Shown here in pieces: positions 8,063 to 16,159 of a DNA stretch of 18,088 nt (positions within the stretch are counted from its first letter, which is position 1; each line of letters opens with the position of its first letter). The stretch is from an archaeon. Lineage in GTDB: Archaea; SpSt-1190; DYHY01. The translations under genes were made by a program, and so were the position numbers. Under the pieces are notes generated by a model, which had not been told where the DNA came from, searched no databases, and was given only the letters and a program-made list of their open reading frames with translations. The DNA lies in the NCBI GenBank assembly GCA_043803745.1, contig JAZDJS010000042.1, forward strand, positions 1 to 18,088, in the 5' to 3' direction.

Positions 8063-8713
8063 TCAATCAACCGGAAGCCTTTTCTGCGAACTTTCTTCAA
8101 GTCCCTTAATAATGTTTTCAGTCGTCGCCCATGTCCGCCTTGCGATTGCCGGGGGGAAGCCGTTCCTCCTGACGAAATCCTTCAGATAGCTGATGGTTCT
8201 CTCATCCGAAGGATAGCCCGAACCGAATTCGCCGTATTCCTTCTTGAGCTCGGCAATCTCCCTCTCGCGCGTTACTTTCGCAACAATGCTTGCGGCGGAA
8301 ACGACCGGATAATCCCGGTCCGCCTTTGGCTTTGCAACAAGCTCGACCTTCCGTTTCAGGAGCGCGGAAACCTTTCCGGCAAGCCGCTCCCCGTTTGCCT
8401 CAATCGAGTCAATGTAAACTTTCCCGGCAGAGGATGCGTTGATAAGTTCCGCGATTTTCGAAATCTCGAACGTGTTGAGCGAGCCTCCCCGCGCGTCAAG
8501 TTCCGCTGCGGAAATGACGAGTTTTCTCCAGCTGCCGATTTTCCCGAGCCGTCCAAGGACTTCCTCCCGCCGCCTTTCGGACAAGAGCTTTGAATCCCGC
8601 GCCCCTGCGGAAACTAGCTCCGGAAGCCTCTCTTCCGGAACCTCGAAAATAGCAATTACCATCGGCCCGAGGACGGGTCCCTTGCCCGCCTCGTCAATTC
8701 CCGCAACTATCAT
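8063..8713 (-). CDS. rnhB: ribonuclease HII
   Basis: GIDEAGKGPVLGPMV, RDSKLLS, KADRDYPVVSAASIVAKVTRE, GSGYPSD; start reassigned to ATG 8713. Confidence 0.97.
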   Translation of the reverse strand: MIVAGIDEAGKGPVLGPMVIAIFEVPEERLPELVSAGARDSKLLSERRREEVLGRLGKIGSWRKLVISAAELDARGGSLNTFEISKIAELINASSAGKVYIDSIEANGERLAGKVSALLKRKVELVAKPKADRDYPVVSAASIVAKVTREREIAELKKEYGEFGSGYPSDERTISYLKDFVRRNGFPPAIARRTWATTENIIKGLEESSQKRLPVD

Positions 8714-8738
8714 TTTCCCCTGAAAGGAGGCAGGGAAC

Positions 8739-8748
8739 CTTTTAAAAG
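8739..8748. promoter_or_regulatory. palindromic TATA element CTTTTAAAAG, candidate bidirectional promoter for rnhB and translin
   Basis: Central TA-rich element of a 63-nt divergent spacer, ~26-29 nt from both start codons. Confidence 0.6.
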
Positions 8749-8776
8749 TCGCCCCCCGGCGACAGGAGAACCTGCG

Positions 8777-9367
8777 ATGGAAAAAACGTTGGAGCGGATA
8801 GTCAAGAAGGCGAAGGAAACCCTCGACCGGAAACTCTCGGCGGCAGATTCCATTTCCCCGATAGCGAGGGAAGCGAAAATCGCTTCCGACCGGGCGATTG
8901 CCCTTCTCCATTCCGGCAAGGAATCCGAAGCGCTTGCGCTTCTCAGAAAGGCGCAGGGCGGGATTGCGGCCCTCACTTCGGCGCTTTCAAGGGATCCCTC
9001 CCTGAAAAGCACCAATTTCCAGATTTCCCTCGCTTTCCAGGAATATGCCGAAGCAATAATACTTCTTCACATACTCAAGGGGCGCGACATCCCGAACGTT
9101 GCCGCTCCCCCGGAAGAATATCTCCTGGGGCTTGCCGATGCAGCAGGAGAGCTCAACCGGGCGTATCTCGAGGCAAGGATACGGAGGGATTTCAAGAGTT
9201 CGGCGCGCTATTCCGAAAAGGTGAGGGAAATAGAGGCGGCTTTTTCGGAGCTTGACTATCCAGACTTTATCGTTCCGTCCTTCCGGCAGAAGAAGGATCT
9301 CGTCAGAAGAATTTATGAGTCAATCCTCTCAACAGAATCGAAGGACGTTTCGAGAAAGAACCGGTGA
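8777..9367 (+). CDS. translin/TRAX family protein (archaeal C3PO-like RNase)
   Basis: AFQEYAEA, EEYLLGLADAAGELNR and FRQKKDLVR motifs. Confidence 0.88.
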   Translation: MEKTLERIVKKAKETLDRKLSAADSISPIAREAKIASDRAIALLHSGKESEALALLRKAQGGIAALTSALSRDPSLKSTNFQISLAFQEYAEAIILLHILKGRDIPNVAAPPEEYLLGLADAAGELNRAYLEARIRRDFKSSARYSEKVREIEAAFSELDYPDFIVPSFRQKKDLVRRIYESILSTESKDVSRKNR

Positions 9368-9377
9368 ATGGAAAAAC

Positions 9378-10652
9378 ATGGATGAAGGAACGAACTACAA
9401 AGTCAAGGACATTGGACTTGCAAAGGAAGGGCGGCTGAAGATAGAGCTTGCCGAGAAGAACATGCCGGTGCTCATGGCACTCAGAAAGCAGAACAAGGGG
9501 AAAAAGCCGCTCAGGGGAATAAGGATCTCCGGATGCCTCCACGTTACGAAGGAGACCGCAGTCCTTGTCGAAACCCTCAGGGACCTCGGCGCGGTCGTTT
9601 CCTGGTCCGGATGCAACCCCCTTTCAACACAGGACGACGTTGCCGCAGCGCTTGCGGCTGCCGGAATCCAGGTTTTCGCGTGGCGGGGGCTTTCCCGCGA
9701 CGAATATTACTGGTGCATTGAGAAATGCCTCCAGATCAAGCCGAACATAACCGTTGACGACGGCGCCGACCTAGTCCTCTATGTCCATGACAAGAAGCAG
9801 GAATATCTTGCGGGGATAATCGGCGGCTGCGAGGAAACGACAACGGGGATTCTCCGGCTGAAGGCAATGGAGGCCGCAGGGAGGCTGAAATATCCGATGA
9901 TGTCGGTCTCGGAAGCGAAGACGAAGGCGGATTTCGACAACATCTGGGGGACCGGGCAGTCGACAATTGACGGGATCCTGCGCGCGACAAACACAATGTT
10001 CGCGGGGAAAACCGTTGTCGTTGCCGGATATGGGCACGTTGGGAGCGGGATTGCGGAGCGCGCCCGGGGAATGGGCGGGAACGTAATTGTAACCGAAGTT
10101 GACCCCTTGCCCGCCCTGAAAGCGCGGATGAACGGGTTCCGAGTTATGAAAATGGCCGATGCTGCAAAAGAAGGGGACCTTTTCATAACTGCCACCGGCT
10201 GCTGCGGCGTCGTAACCGTCGAGCATGCAAAGTCAATGAAGGATGGCGCAATCCTCTGCAACAGCGGGCATTTCAACGTCGAAGTTGACGTCGCCGCAAT
10301 CGAGAAAGCTTCCTCGCGGAAAAGGCAGATCAGGCCCAATATGGTGGAATATCTGCTCGGCGGGAAGAAACGCGTTTCAGTCCTTGCGGAGGGGCGGCTC
10401 GTAAACCTTGCCGCTGCGGAAGGGCACCCTTCCGAGGTGATGGACATGTCTTTCGCAAACCAGCTTCTCGCAATTCTCTGGCTTGTGCGGGCGAAGAACT
10501 CCAAGAAAGCGCTTGAGCCGAAGGTTTATGCGGTTCCGGAAGAGCAGGATTCCCTTGTTGCAAGGATGAAGCTGGCGGGCCTCGGGGCCTCGATAGACAA
10601 GCTGTCGAAGGAGCAGCTGGACTACCTTTCGGGATATGACGAGGGGACCTAG
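9378..10652 (+). CDS. ahcY: adenosylhomocysteinase
   Basis: CLHVTKET, CNPLSTQD, DDGAD, EETTTG, FDN..GTGQS, GYGHVG.G, GHFNVE, EGRLVNL, GHPSEVMDMSF; GGTGA upstream of ATG 9378. Confidence 0.97.
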   Translation: MDEGTNYKVKDIGLAKEGRLKIELAEKNMPVLMALRKQNKGKKPLRGIRISGCLHVTKETAVLVETLRDLGAVVSWSGCNPLSTQDDVAAALAAAGIQVFAWRGLSRDEYYWCIEKCLQIKPNITVDDGADLVLYVHDKKQEYLAGIIGGCEETTTGILRLKAMEAAGRLKYPMMSVSEAKTKADFDNIWGTGQSTIDGILRATNTMFAGKTVVVAGYGHVGSGIAERARGMGGNVIVTEVDPLPALKARMNGFRVMKMADAAKEGDLFITATGCCGVVTVEHAKSMKDGAILCNSGHFNVEVDVAAIEKASSRKRQIRPNMVEYLLGGKKRVSVLAEGRLVNLAAAEGHPSEVMDMSFANQLLAILWLVRAKNSKKALEPKVYAVPEEQDSLVARMKLAGLGASIDKLSKEQLDYLSGYDEGT

Positions 10653-10691
10653 ACAGGAACCTAGACCGGAACCTAGACAGGAACCTAGAAG
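10644..10691. repeat. 4 x 12-nt tandem repeat (GGAACCTAGACA consensus) starting at the ahcY stop
   Basis: gggacctagaca / ggaacctagacc / ggaacctagaca / ggaacctagaag. Confidence 0.9.
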
Positions 10692-10722
10692 AAAACCCTG
10701 GAAGGAACCCCCGGCCAATAAC

Positions 10723-11430
10723 CTATTTCCGGACAAGCCTGGCTTCCTCAACGACCCAGGTCCCGGAGTTCCTTTCCCAGATTTTCCGCGCGGAAACTAT
10801 TTCCACCCGCTTTTTGTGTATCGGAGAATCCAGGACAATGGATTCCCATTCCCCGCCCTCTCCCCCGACTGAAACCGAATATTTCTCTTTCAACCTGACA
10901 AGCTCGTCAATTGCCCCCGGGTCAATCCGCTTCCCGAGCCATTCGGGACCAAGCCCCTCCGCAAAAGCCCCAGCGCAGACTATCTCAAAACCGGCTGAAA
11001 CAATTTCCCGCAGGTATTTCTCCTGGTCGACGTGCCAGAGCGGGGCGAGCGACTTGAGCCCAAGCCTTTCGCAAATTGCGTCAATGCGCGTCTTCTGGTA
11101 GTTGCTTGCGAGAGCTCCGGAGACTACTGCATCAGCTTTCCCGGAGAATTTGGCAAGAGCCGTTTCAAGCGCTTCCAATTCCACCCTCTCCAGTTCTGCT
11201 GAACTGGACCCCGCATTCGCCCGGCCCTTCCCAGCTTCAAACGATTCCCAGGGCAATTCCATTGCTTCCGCAAGCGTTTTGGTAAGAGCGGCGTTCGGAT
11301 GGTGGAACATCAGGCTTCCTTCCAGGGGGAGCGCTGAAAGAAGGGAGACTATCTCGAAACCCTGCTGAACCGCCCACCAGGCGGCGTAGGTGGAATCCTT
11401 TCCGCCAGAGAATAATATTATTACGCGCAT
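10723..11430 (-). CDS. dph6: diphthine--ammonia ligase (Dph6, PP-loop ATPase)
   Basis: LFSGGKDS, SLMFH, SGALASNYQKTRID.IC..LGL...APLW, GEGGEWES.VLDSP. Confidence 0.92.
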   Translation of the reverse strand: MRVIILFSGGKDSTYAAWWAVQQGFEIVSLLSALPLEGSLMFHHPNAALTKTLAEAMELPWESFEAGKGRANAGSSSAELERVELEALETALAKFSGKADAVVSGALASNYQKTRIDAICERLGLKSLAPLWHVDQEKYLREIVSAGFEIVCAGAFAEGLGPEWLGKRIDPGAIDELVRLKEKYSVSVGGEGGEWESIVLDSPIHKKRVEIVSARKIWERNSGTWVVEEARLVRK

Positions 11431-11517
11431 AAAATATCACTTTCTTCTCTGACGACTTCCGCTTCGCTCCAGCCTCCGGAAAACAACACCCGCACCCTCA
11501 TATTACATCCGGTTTTC

Positions 11518-11619
11518 TGGAGACTTCTTCGCCCGTCAGGCCCCCTTCTGAACAGAATGACCGCGCGCAGAGACCTGCGTTTTTCAGTGTCAGTGGAGAC
11601 TTCTTCGCCAGTCAGGCCC
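11518..11619. repeat. 26-bp direct repeat (1 mismatch), two copies 76 bp apart
   Basis: tggagacttcttcgcc(c/a)gtcaggccc at 11518-11543 and 11594-11619. Confidence 0.9.
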
Positions 11620-11660
11620 ATCAGCCGTCCGGTTTTTTCGACAGCAGTATTCACACCAAA

Positions 11661-12371
11661 TCACCTTTTCTTTCCGCAGACTGGACAGTCCGCCCGTTTT
11701 TTAACTCTTACGAGCCAGTTCTTTCCAGAAAGGAAATCGAAATAGCGGACTCCTCTCCTCGCCGCTTTCCCGTCGGGCCTTTTGGAAATAATCTTCAGCG
11801 CCTCAACCGCCTGGAGCGCGCCAATTGCCCCGGCAACCGGCCCGACAATTCCCATTTCGCCGCAAGAGTCAGGTTTTTTCCCTGCGCCGATGAAGCAGGA
11901 AAGGCAGAAGCTTCCTGGAGCGAAGACCGCGACCGAGCCGGTCCAGCCGACCGCCGAGCCGAAAACGACCGGGATTTTTTTCACTTGGCAGAGTTTGCTT
12001 AACCCAAGCCGGCTTTCAAGGTTGTCGGTGCAGTCGAGGACGCAGTCAAGGGAAATCTTCCCAAGAGCCCGAACCCCGTCACCGACAATCGGGACTATTT
12101 CGACTCCCGGAGAAAGCTCCCAGAGTTTCTCGGCAGCGACAGTTGCCTTCTCCCGTCCGACATCCCCTTCCGAATAAAGGAACTGCCGGTTCAGGTTGCT
12201 TTCCTCAACAACGTCCCGGTCGATCAAGAAGAGCTTCCCAATTCCCGCCATTGCAAGATATGCCGCGGCAGGACAGCCAAGCCCGCCAAGCCCCACAATT
12301 GCGACGGATGCTCCGGAAAGCCGGCTTCGGTCCAGAAGTTTTTTCTGCCGAAGATAGTTTCCAGGAATCAC
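11661..12371 (-). CDS. ThiF/MoeB/UbaA family E1-like adenylyltransferase
   Basis: YLRQ, GLGGLG, DRDVVEESNLNRQ, DCTDN, CLSC, SCGEMG and CPVC; GTGA overlap with the upstream stop. Confidence 0.93.
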   Translation of the reverse strand: MIPGNYLRQKKLLDRSRLSGASVAIVGLGGLGCPAAAYLAMAGIGKLFLIDRDVVEESNLNRQFLYSEGDVGREKATVAAEKLWELSPGVEIVPIVGDGVRALGKISLDCVLDCTDNLESRLGLSKLCQVKKIPVVFGSAVGWTGSVAVFAPGSFCLSCFIGAGKKPDSCGEMGIVGPVAGAIGALQAVEALKIISKRPDGKAARRGVRYFDFLSGKNWLVRVKKRADCPVCGKKR

Positions 12372-12853
12372 TTCTTCACAAGCCCCCCGGAATATGAGAG
12401 GACGAAAATAACTTTCCGGTCGAGCCTGATTGCCTCGGAGCCCGAAAAGAATGAAAAGTTCCCAACAAGTCTGTTTTCATATGAAAACTTCCCGGAGGAG
12501 AAATGTTCAGGCCCCCTGAACGGCGCGGCAGGAGTCACTTTCCCGAGGCATTTCTTGAGGAAAGGACTGCCCTTCTTTTCCCAAATTTCCCCGCCCGCAC
12601 CACCACCAGCAACAACAACCGCGCCAGTGTAAACCATTGACCAGACAGGAACCTCCTTGAAAAAGACGGTTTCGATTCCCGAGAACTGGCGCGAACCGTA
12701 ATAGCGGTCGGAATAGGAAAAGTTTCCCTTCTTGAGCGAGAGCTCCTTGGAGCCGTCCGGGTTCTTTTTTTCTCCGCCCTCTCCCGACTTTGCATATGAA
12801 TTCCTTTTTGCGAAGACAATGAAATCGATTAGAGCCTTTTCGAAATTTTCCAA
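12368..12853 (-). CDS. DUF5680-like protein
   Basis: AK..SYA..G, YSDRYYG...FSGIE.V......VWSM.Y.G, PFRGP, FSG.E.I, Y.GGLV pattern recalled for this family; TTG start. Confidence 0.75.
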   Translation of the reverse strand: MENFEKALIDFIVFAKRNSYAKSGEGGEKKNPDGSKELSLKKGNFSYSDRYYGSRQFSGIETVFFKEVPVWSMVYTGAVVVAGGGAGGEIWEKKGSPFLKKCLGKVTPAAPFRGPEHFSSGKFSYENRLVGNFSFFSGSEAIRLDRKVIFVLSYSGGLVKK

Positions 12854-12878
12854 ATCCTGTGCACACCATCCGCGCCAG

Positions 12879-12956
12879 TGGTGGGGTCACTGGGATTTGA
12901 ACCCAGGTCTCAAACACCCCAAGCTTGAAGCCTAGACCAAGCTAGCCGATGACCCC
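12879..12956 (-). tRNA. tRNA-Pro(GGG), CCA encoded
   Basis: Acceptor GGGGTCA/TGACCCC, anticodon arm CAAGC-TTGGGGT-GTTTG, T arm CTGGG-TTCAAAT-CCCAG; TATA at 12983-12990. Confidence 0.96.
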
Positions 12957-13067
12957 ACCTGAAAACTGATTGCTTTCTGCCAATTTATAAGAATTGGGTT
13001 TCGGGAAACATTGGCGGCAGCGTTCATCCAAAACTCCTAAATAGCGAAAGCACGGAGACCCTCGTCA

Positions 13068-13424
13068 ATGGAAACCGGCAAGCTTCTTTCCTTCTGCGGG
13101 CTTGACTGCTCAAAATGCCCCGCCCACCTTGCGATGAAAACCGGGGAACTGAAATACAAAAAAGAGGCCTTTGAGAAGTGGGGGCGCAAATATGCCGGCC
13201 TGAGGATCGAGGAAATAGGCTGCGTTGGCTGCGTCAGTTCAGGGAAACTCTGGCCCGGTTGCAGCAGCTGCCCGGTCCGCGCCTGCGGCATGGAAAGACG
13301 GCGGGAAAATTGCGGGAGCTGCGAGGAATACCCGTGCGAAAAACTGGAAACCCTGTGGAAGAGAGTGCGCGGCGGGAAGGAGAACTGCGACAGTGTCCGC
13401 GCGGGCAAAACAGGGAAAATGTGA
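13068..13424 (+). CDS. DUF3795-like Cys-rich metal-binding protein
   Basis: CGLDCSKCP, CVGC, CSSCPVRAC and NCGSCEEYPCEKL pattern. Confidence 0.85.
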   Translation: METGKLLSFCGLDCSKCPAHLAMKTGELKYKKEAFEKWGRKYAGLRIEEIGCVGCVSSGKLWPGCSSCPVRACGMERRRENCGSCEEYPCEKLETLWKRVRGGKENCDSVRAGKTGKM

Positions 13425-13447
13425 TTTCGCAGTCCCCCGCTTCTTTC

Positions 13448-13645
13448 CTAGCTTTTCTTGAACTTGGAAATCTGCTCGAGCAAGTCAACCTGCCCAAGGA
13501 GCATCCTTCTGCAGCAGTAGCGTGAGATTCCGAGGGAATCCATTACCTTGCTGGCATCCTCGCCCTTGGCAGCCCTTTTCTTGAACTCGTCGTAGAATCC
13601 GGACACCGGAAACCCGCACGAAAAACATCTTACAGGTATTATCAT
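13448..13645 (-). CDS. rpoN: DNA-directed RNA polymerase subunit N (Rpo10)
   Basis: MIIPVRCFSCG...LG..RYCCRRMLL; GAGGTGA SD upstream. Confidence 0.98.
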   Translation of the reverse strand: MIIPVRCFSCGFPVSGFYDEFKKRAAKGEDASKVMDSLGISRYCCRRMLLGQVDLLEQISKFKKS

Positions 13646-13654
13646 TCCGCCATT

Positions 13655-14059
13655 TCACCTCTTTGACTTTTGCGCCGAAGTTCTTGCGGTCGAGGGTCCC
13701 GGCTTTCTCGTCTCCTTCCTTCGGGGATCCGCAACTACCAGCGCCCTGTCGTATGCAAGGAACCTTTCCCGCAGCGAGGGGTCCTCGGAATATTCCACCA
13801 GCGCCTTGCTTATCGCAAGCCTCGCAGCGTCCGCCTGACCAATCGCGCCCCCGCCCCGGACAGTTATTGAGATGTCGATTTTCTTGACGATGTCCCCGGC
13901 AAGCGTGAGGGGCTCGAGCAGCTTCTGCCTCGCAAGGAACGGTTCGTAATGCTCAAGCCGGGTCGAATTCACCCTGACAATCCCGCTCCCGGGCCTTGCA
14001 ACAGCTCTTGCAATTGCAGACTTTCTCTTTCCCGATGTGACAACTATTTTGGACGCCAT
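13655..14059 (-). CDS. rps9: 30S ribosomal protein S9 (uS9)
   Basis: SGKRKSAIARA, VRGGGAIGQADAARLAI, YDRALVVADPRRKE; start ATG 14059. Confidence 0.97.
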   Translation of the reverse strand: MASKIVVTSGKRKSAIARAVARPGSGIVRVNSTRLEHYEPFLARQKLLEPLTLAGDIVKKIDISITVRGGGAIGQADAARLAISKALVEYSEDPSLRERFLAYDRALVVADPRRKETRKPGPSTARTSAQKSKR

Positions 14060-14070
14060 TTTGCCTCGAC

Positions 14071-14529
14071 TCACCTGGTTTTCCCGAGCTTTAACATTGA
14101 AAAGCCCTTCAAAGTAACGTATTTGTGGATGGTGTCGCCGGTTTTCTGCGCAATTTTTTCGGCCGGAACGCCAACGAATTTTGCGGGAACTCCCTCGTAT
14201 GCGCGGAACCGCTTCAGTGCGATTCTTCCGCGGGTAATCCCCCGGGGGACCATTCCCCTGACGGTCCTTCTGAACCAGAGCGCCGCATTCTTGGGCATGT
14301 AAGGTCCCCAATCGCGCCCGCCCCGTTTCGACTTTATGAGATAATCCTCGGCAGAATGCACGCTTACGAAAGCCTTGTCGGCGTTGATTACGTCAATCTT
14401 CTCGCCGCTTAGGATTCGCTTGGCAATCAATGAAGCCGCCCGCCCGAGAATCGCCCCTTCAGCATCAACAACCGTTATCTGCGCGCCCGTTTCCTTTTCC
14501 TCGTTCTCAGTCTTATCTACTACTGCCAT
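14071..14529 (-). CDS. rpl13: 50S ribosomal protein L13 (uL13)
   Basis: VDAEGAILGRAASLIAKRIL.GE, GPYMPK, RRTVRGMVP, KYVTL. Confidence 0.95.
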   Translation of the reverse strand: MAVVDKTENEEKETGAQITVVDAEGAILGRAASLIAKRILSGEKIDVINADKAFVSVHSAEDYLIKSKRGGRDWGPYMPKNAALWFRRTVRGMVPRGITRGRIALKRFRAYEGVPAKFVGVPAEKIAQKTGDTIHKYVTLKGFSMLKLGKTR

Positions 14530-14533
14530 TCTC

Positions 14534-14893
14534 TCAGACAATCAACCTCAGATTCTTCCCTTTCGGGTTTTCCTTCGCAAGCTCGGAAAGCGTCGAGAAG
14601 CTCCCGCCCGCCCGCGTTATCTTTTCAACCGCCGATTTGGAAGCGGATTGGGCGGCAACATTCAATTTGGCCGAGAGTTCCCCGGTTCCAAGAACCTTCC
14701 CGGGAACGACTATTGTCGAAATCTTTTTGTCTTTCGAGACCGTTCGGGAGATTTCCACAAGGTTGACTTCAACCTTCTGGCGCGTCCGCTTCTCAAGAAG
14801 CTCCGCAGCCCGCCTCCAGACGGGCGCCTTCGTTTTCCGGAGAAGCCTCGCCGTCTCAATTGTAATCGGATTTGTTGGACCTGATTTAACCAT
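14534..14893 (-). CDS. rpl18e: 50S ribosomal protein L18e (eL18)
   Basis: TNP, APVWRRAAELL, VEVNL, IVVPGKVLGTG, AVEKI..AGG, NPKG; start ATG 14893. Confidence 0.96.
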   Translation of the reverse strand: MVKSGPTNPITIETARLLRKTKAPVWRRAAELLEKRTRQKVEVNLVEISRTVSKDKKISTIVVPGKVLGTGELSAKLNVAAQSASKSAVEKITRAGGSFSTLSELAKENPKGKNLRLIV

Positions 14894-14992
14894 CTTTACA
14901 ACCGAAAACTGGCTCATACAGGGGTTTTTAAGTTTTCTCTCCCCGCCCTCCAGCCGAAAAAGCAAATAAACCGGCGCGGCCCACCGGGGAAA

Positions 14993-15454
14993 ATGGTTGG
15001 CGCTGAGGACCTGCCGTATGCAATCGCGATAAAGGCGTTCATTGTCCGAAGGGGCAAAGTATTGCTTATCAAACGGAGCGACAACCGCCCTCACGCGCCC
15101 GGAGTCTGGGACATCCCAGGAGGCCGCCTTGAGGCGGGAGAGACGGTTATCGAGGGACTGAACAGGGAAGTCCGGGAAGAGGCGGGAATTTCCGTCAAGA
15201 CCGGTCCGGCGATAGGAATCCACGAGTTCACCCGGGACGACGGCCAGATGATAACTATGCTCATTTTCCTCTGCACAAGCCCTAGCGGGCCTGTGAAAAT
15301 CGACCCGAAAACACACACCGCATACCTGTGGGCCGATGCCGCCAAGAAAGAAACCGCAAGACTGCTCGGACCGCTCGGAATGGTTGCACGGGATTACTCA
15401 TCAGTCTTCTCGAAACTGAAGGGAAAACCGAAATATTTCAAACTTGGTCAATAG
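14993..15454 (+). CDS. Nudix hydrolase
   Basis: Nudix box GGRLEAGETVIEGLNREVREEAGI. Confidence 0.93.
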   Translation: MVGAEDLPYAIAIKAFIVRRGKVLLIKRSDNRPHAPGVWDIPGGRLEAGETVIEGLNREVREEAGISVKTGPAIGIHEFTRDDGQMITMLIFLCTSPSGPVKIDPKTHTAYLWADAAKKETARLLGPLGMVARDYSSVFSKLKGKPKYFKLGQ

Positions 15455-16140
15455 CTGAAAAAAAGGAATTCCGCGCTTGCAAGCTTCCTGTAGAAGTCCA
15501 AATCCGGAAAGTTCTTTTTGATGTTTCTCAGGATGTCGAGCCCGGTCCAGGAGAGGAACCATCCCGCAGGTTCAAGGACGACGAGGAGCAGATTGACAAG
15601 GAAACCGGACATTTCGGAACTCATCACAAGCCCTCCCAGGACAAGGAAGAACAGGCCAAGCGCAATGAAGGAAACTCCTTCCTTCTTAGCCCGCCCGACG
15701 TCCTGGAGCCTTTCCCTGTAGTTCTTATGGAAGTTCTTCTTCAGGCGATTCCTGATGAGCCCCTCTGAAATTGCGTCGCGCTTCTTCTCGGGGACCATGA
15801 GCCTGATCTCAAGCCCCTTTTCAACCTTCGTTCTGGCGGCGCGCTTGCATTCCTCGAGAAAGTCGTAGGAAACCGCGCGTTCGGAAAAGTGCCGTCCGTC
15901 GAAATCCGAGAATATGTCGTCATATGTGTCAAGCATCAGGGAAATGTTCCAGTTGTCAAGGGAGTCCGGCTCCTCCTCTTGACGGGTTGCCTTGGTCCCC
16001 GCCGGGGCTTTCTGAGATTTCGCATCATCCTTCTTTTCCCTGACTGCTGCGGCTGCCAACTGCTGGATGGGCTTCCGTTCCTTCTGCTGCGATTCCTCCG
16101 TTGTTGCTGCGGGTGCGGGCACGGGCTTCTTCCGGTTCAA
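15448..16140 (-). CDS. conserved hypothetical membrane protein (2 TM, low-complexity N-terminus)
   Basis: LDTYDDIFSDFD.R..SER.VS.DF motif, two C-terminal TM segments, EPAGWFLSWTGLD; start uncertain (TTG 16179, TTG 16140 or GTG 16122). Confidence 0.72.
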   Translation of the reverse strand: MNRKKPVPAPAATTEESQQKERKPIQQLAAAAVREKKDDAKSQKAPAGTKATRQEEEPDSLDNWNISLMLDTYDDIFSDFDGRHFSERAVSYDFLEECKRAARTKVEKGLEIRLMVPEKKRDAISEGLIRNRLKKNFHKNYRERLQDVGRAKKEGVSFIALGLFFLVLGGLVMSSEMSGFLVNLLLVVLEPAGWFLSWTGLDILRNIKKNFPDLDFYRKLASAEFLFFSY

Positions 16141-16159
16141 GTAGCATAAATGCCTAACG

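Noticed and set aside
11518-11619. 26-bp repeat pair as a mini CRISPR array
   Set aside because: Only two copies, a 50-nt spacer, no leader or cas genes; better explained as a local duplication.
11421-11654. 77-aa ORF as the SAMP/ThiS partner of the adjacent E1-like enzyme
   Set aside because: The SGG is internal rather than a C-terminal diglycine, and the peptide matches the Dph6 N-terminus better; a decayed SAMP cannot be fully excluded.
14894-15316. N-terminal extensions in the ORF track for rpl18e (also rps9, rnhB, ahcY, eif5a, nob1)
   Set aside because: The extensions overlap neighbouring genes or promoters; homology begins at the internal ATGs used here.
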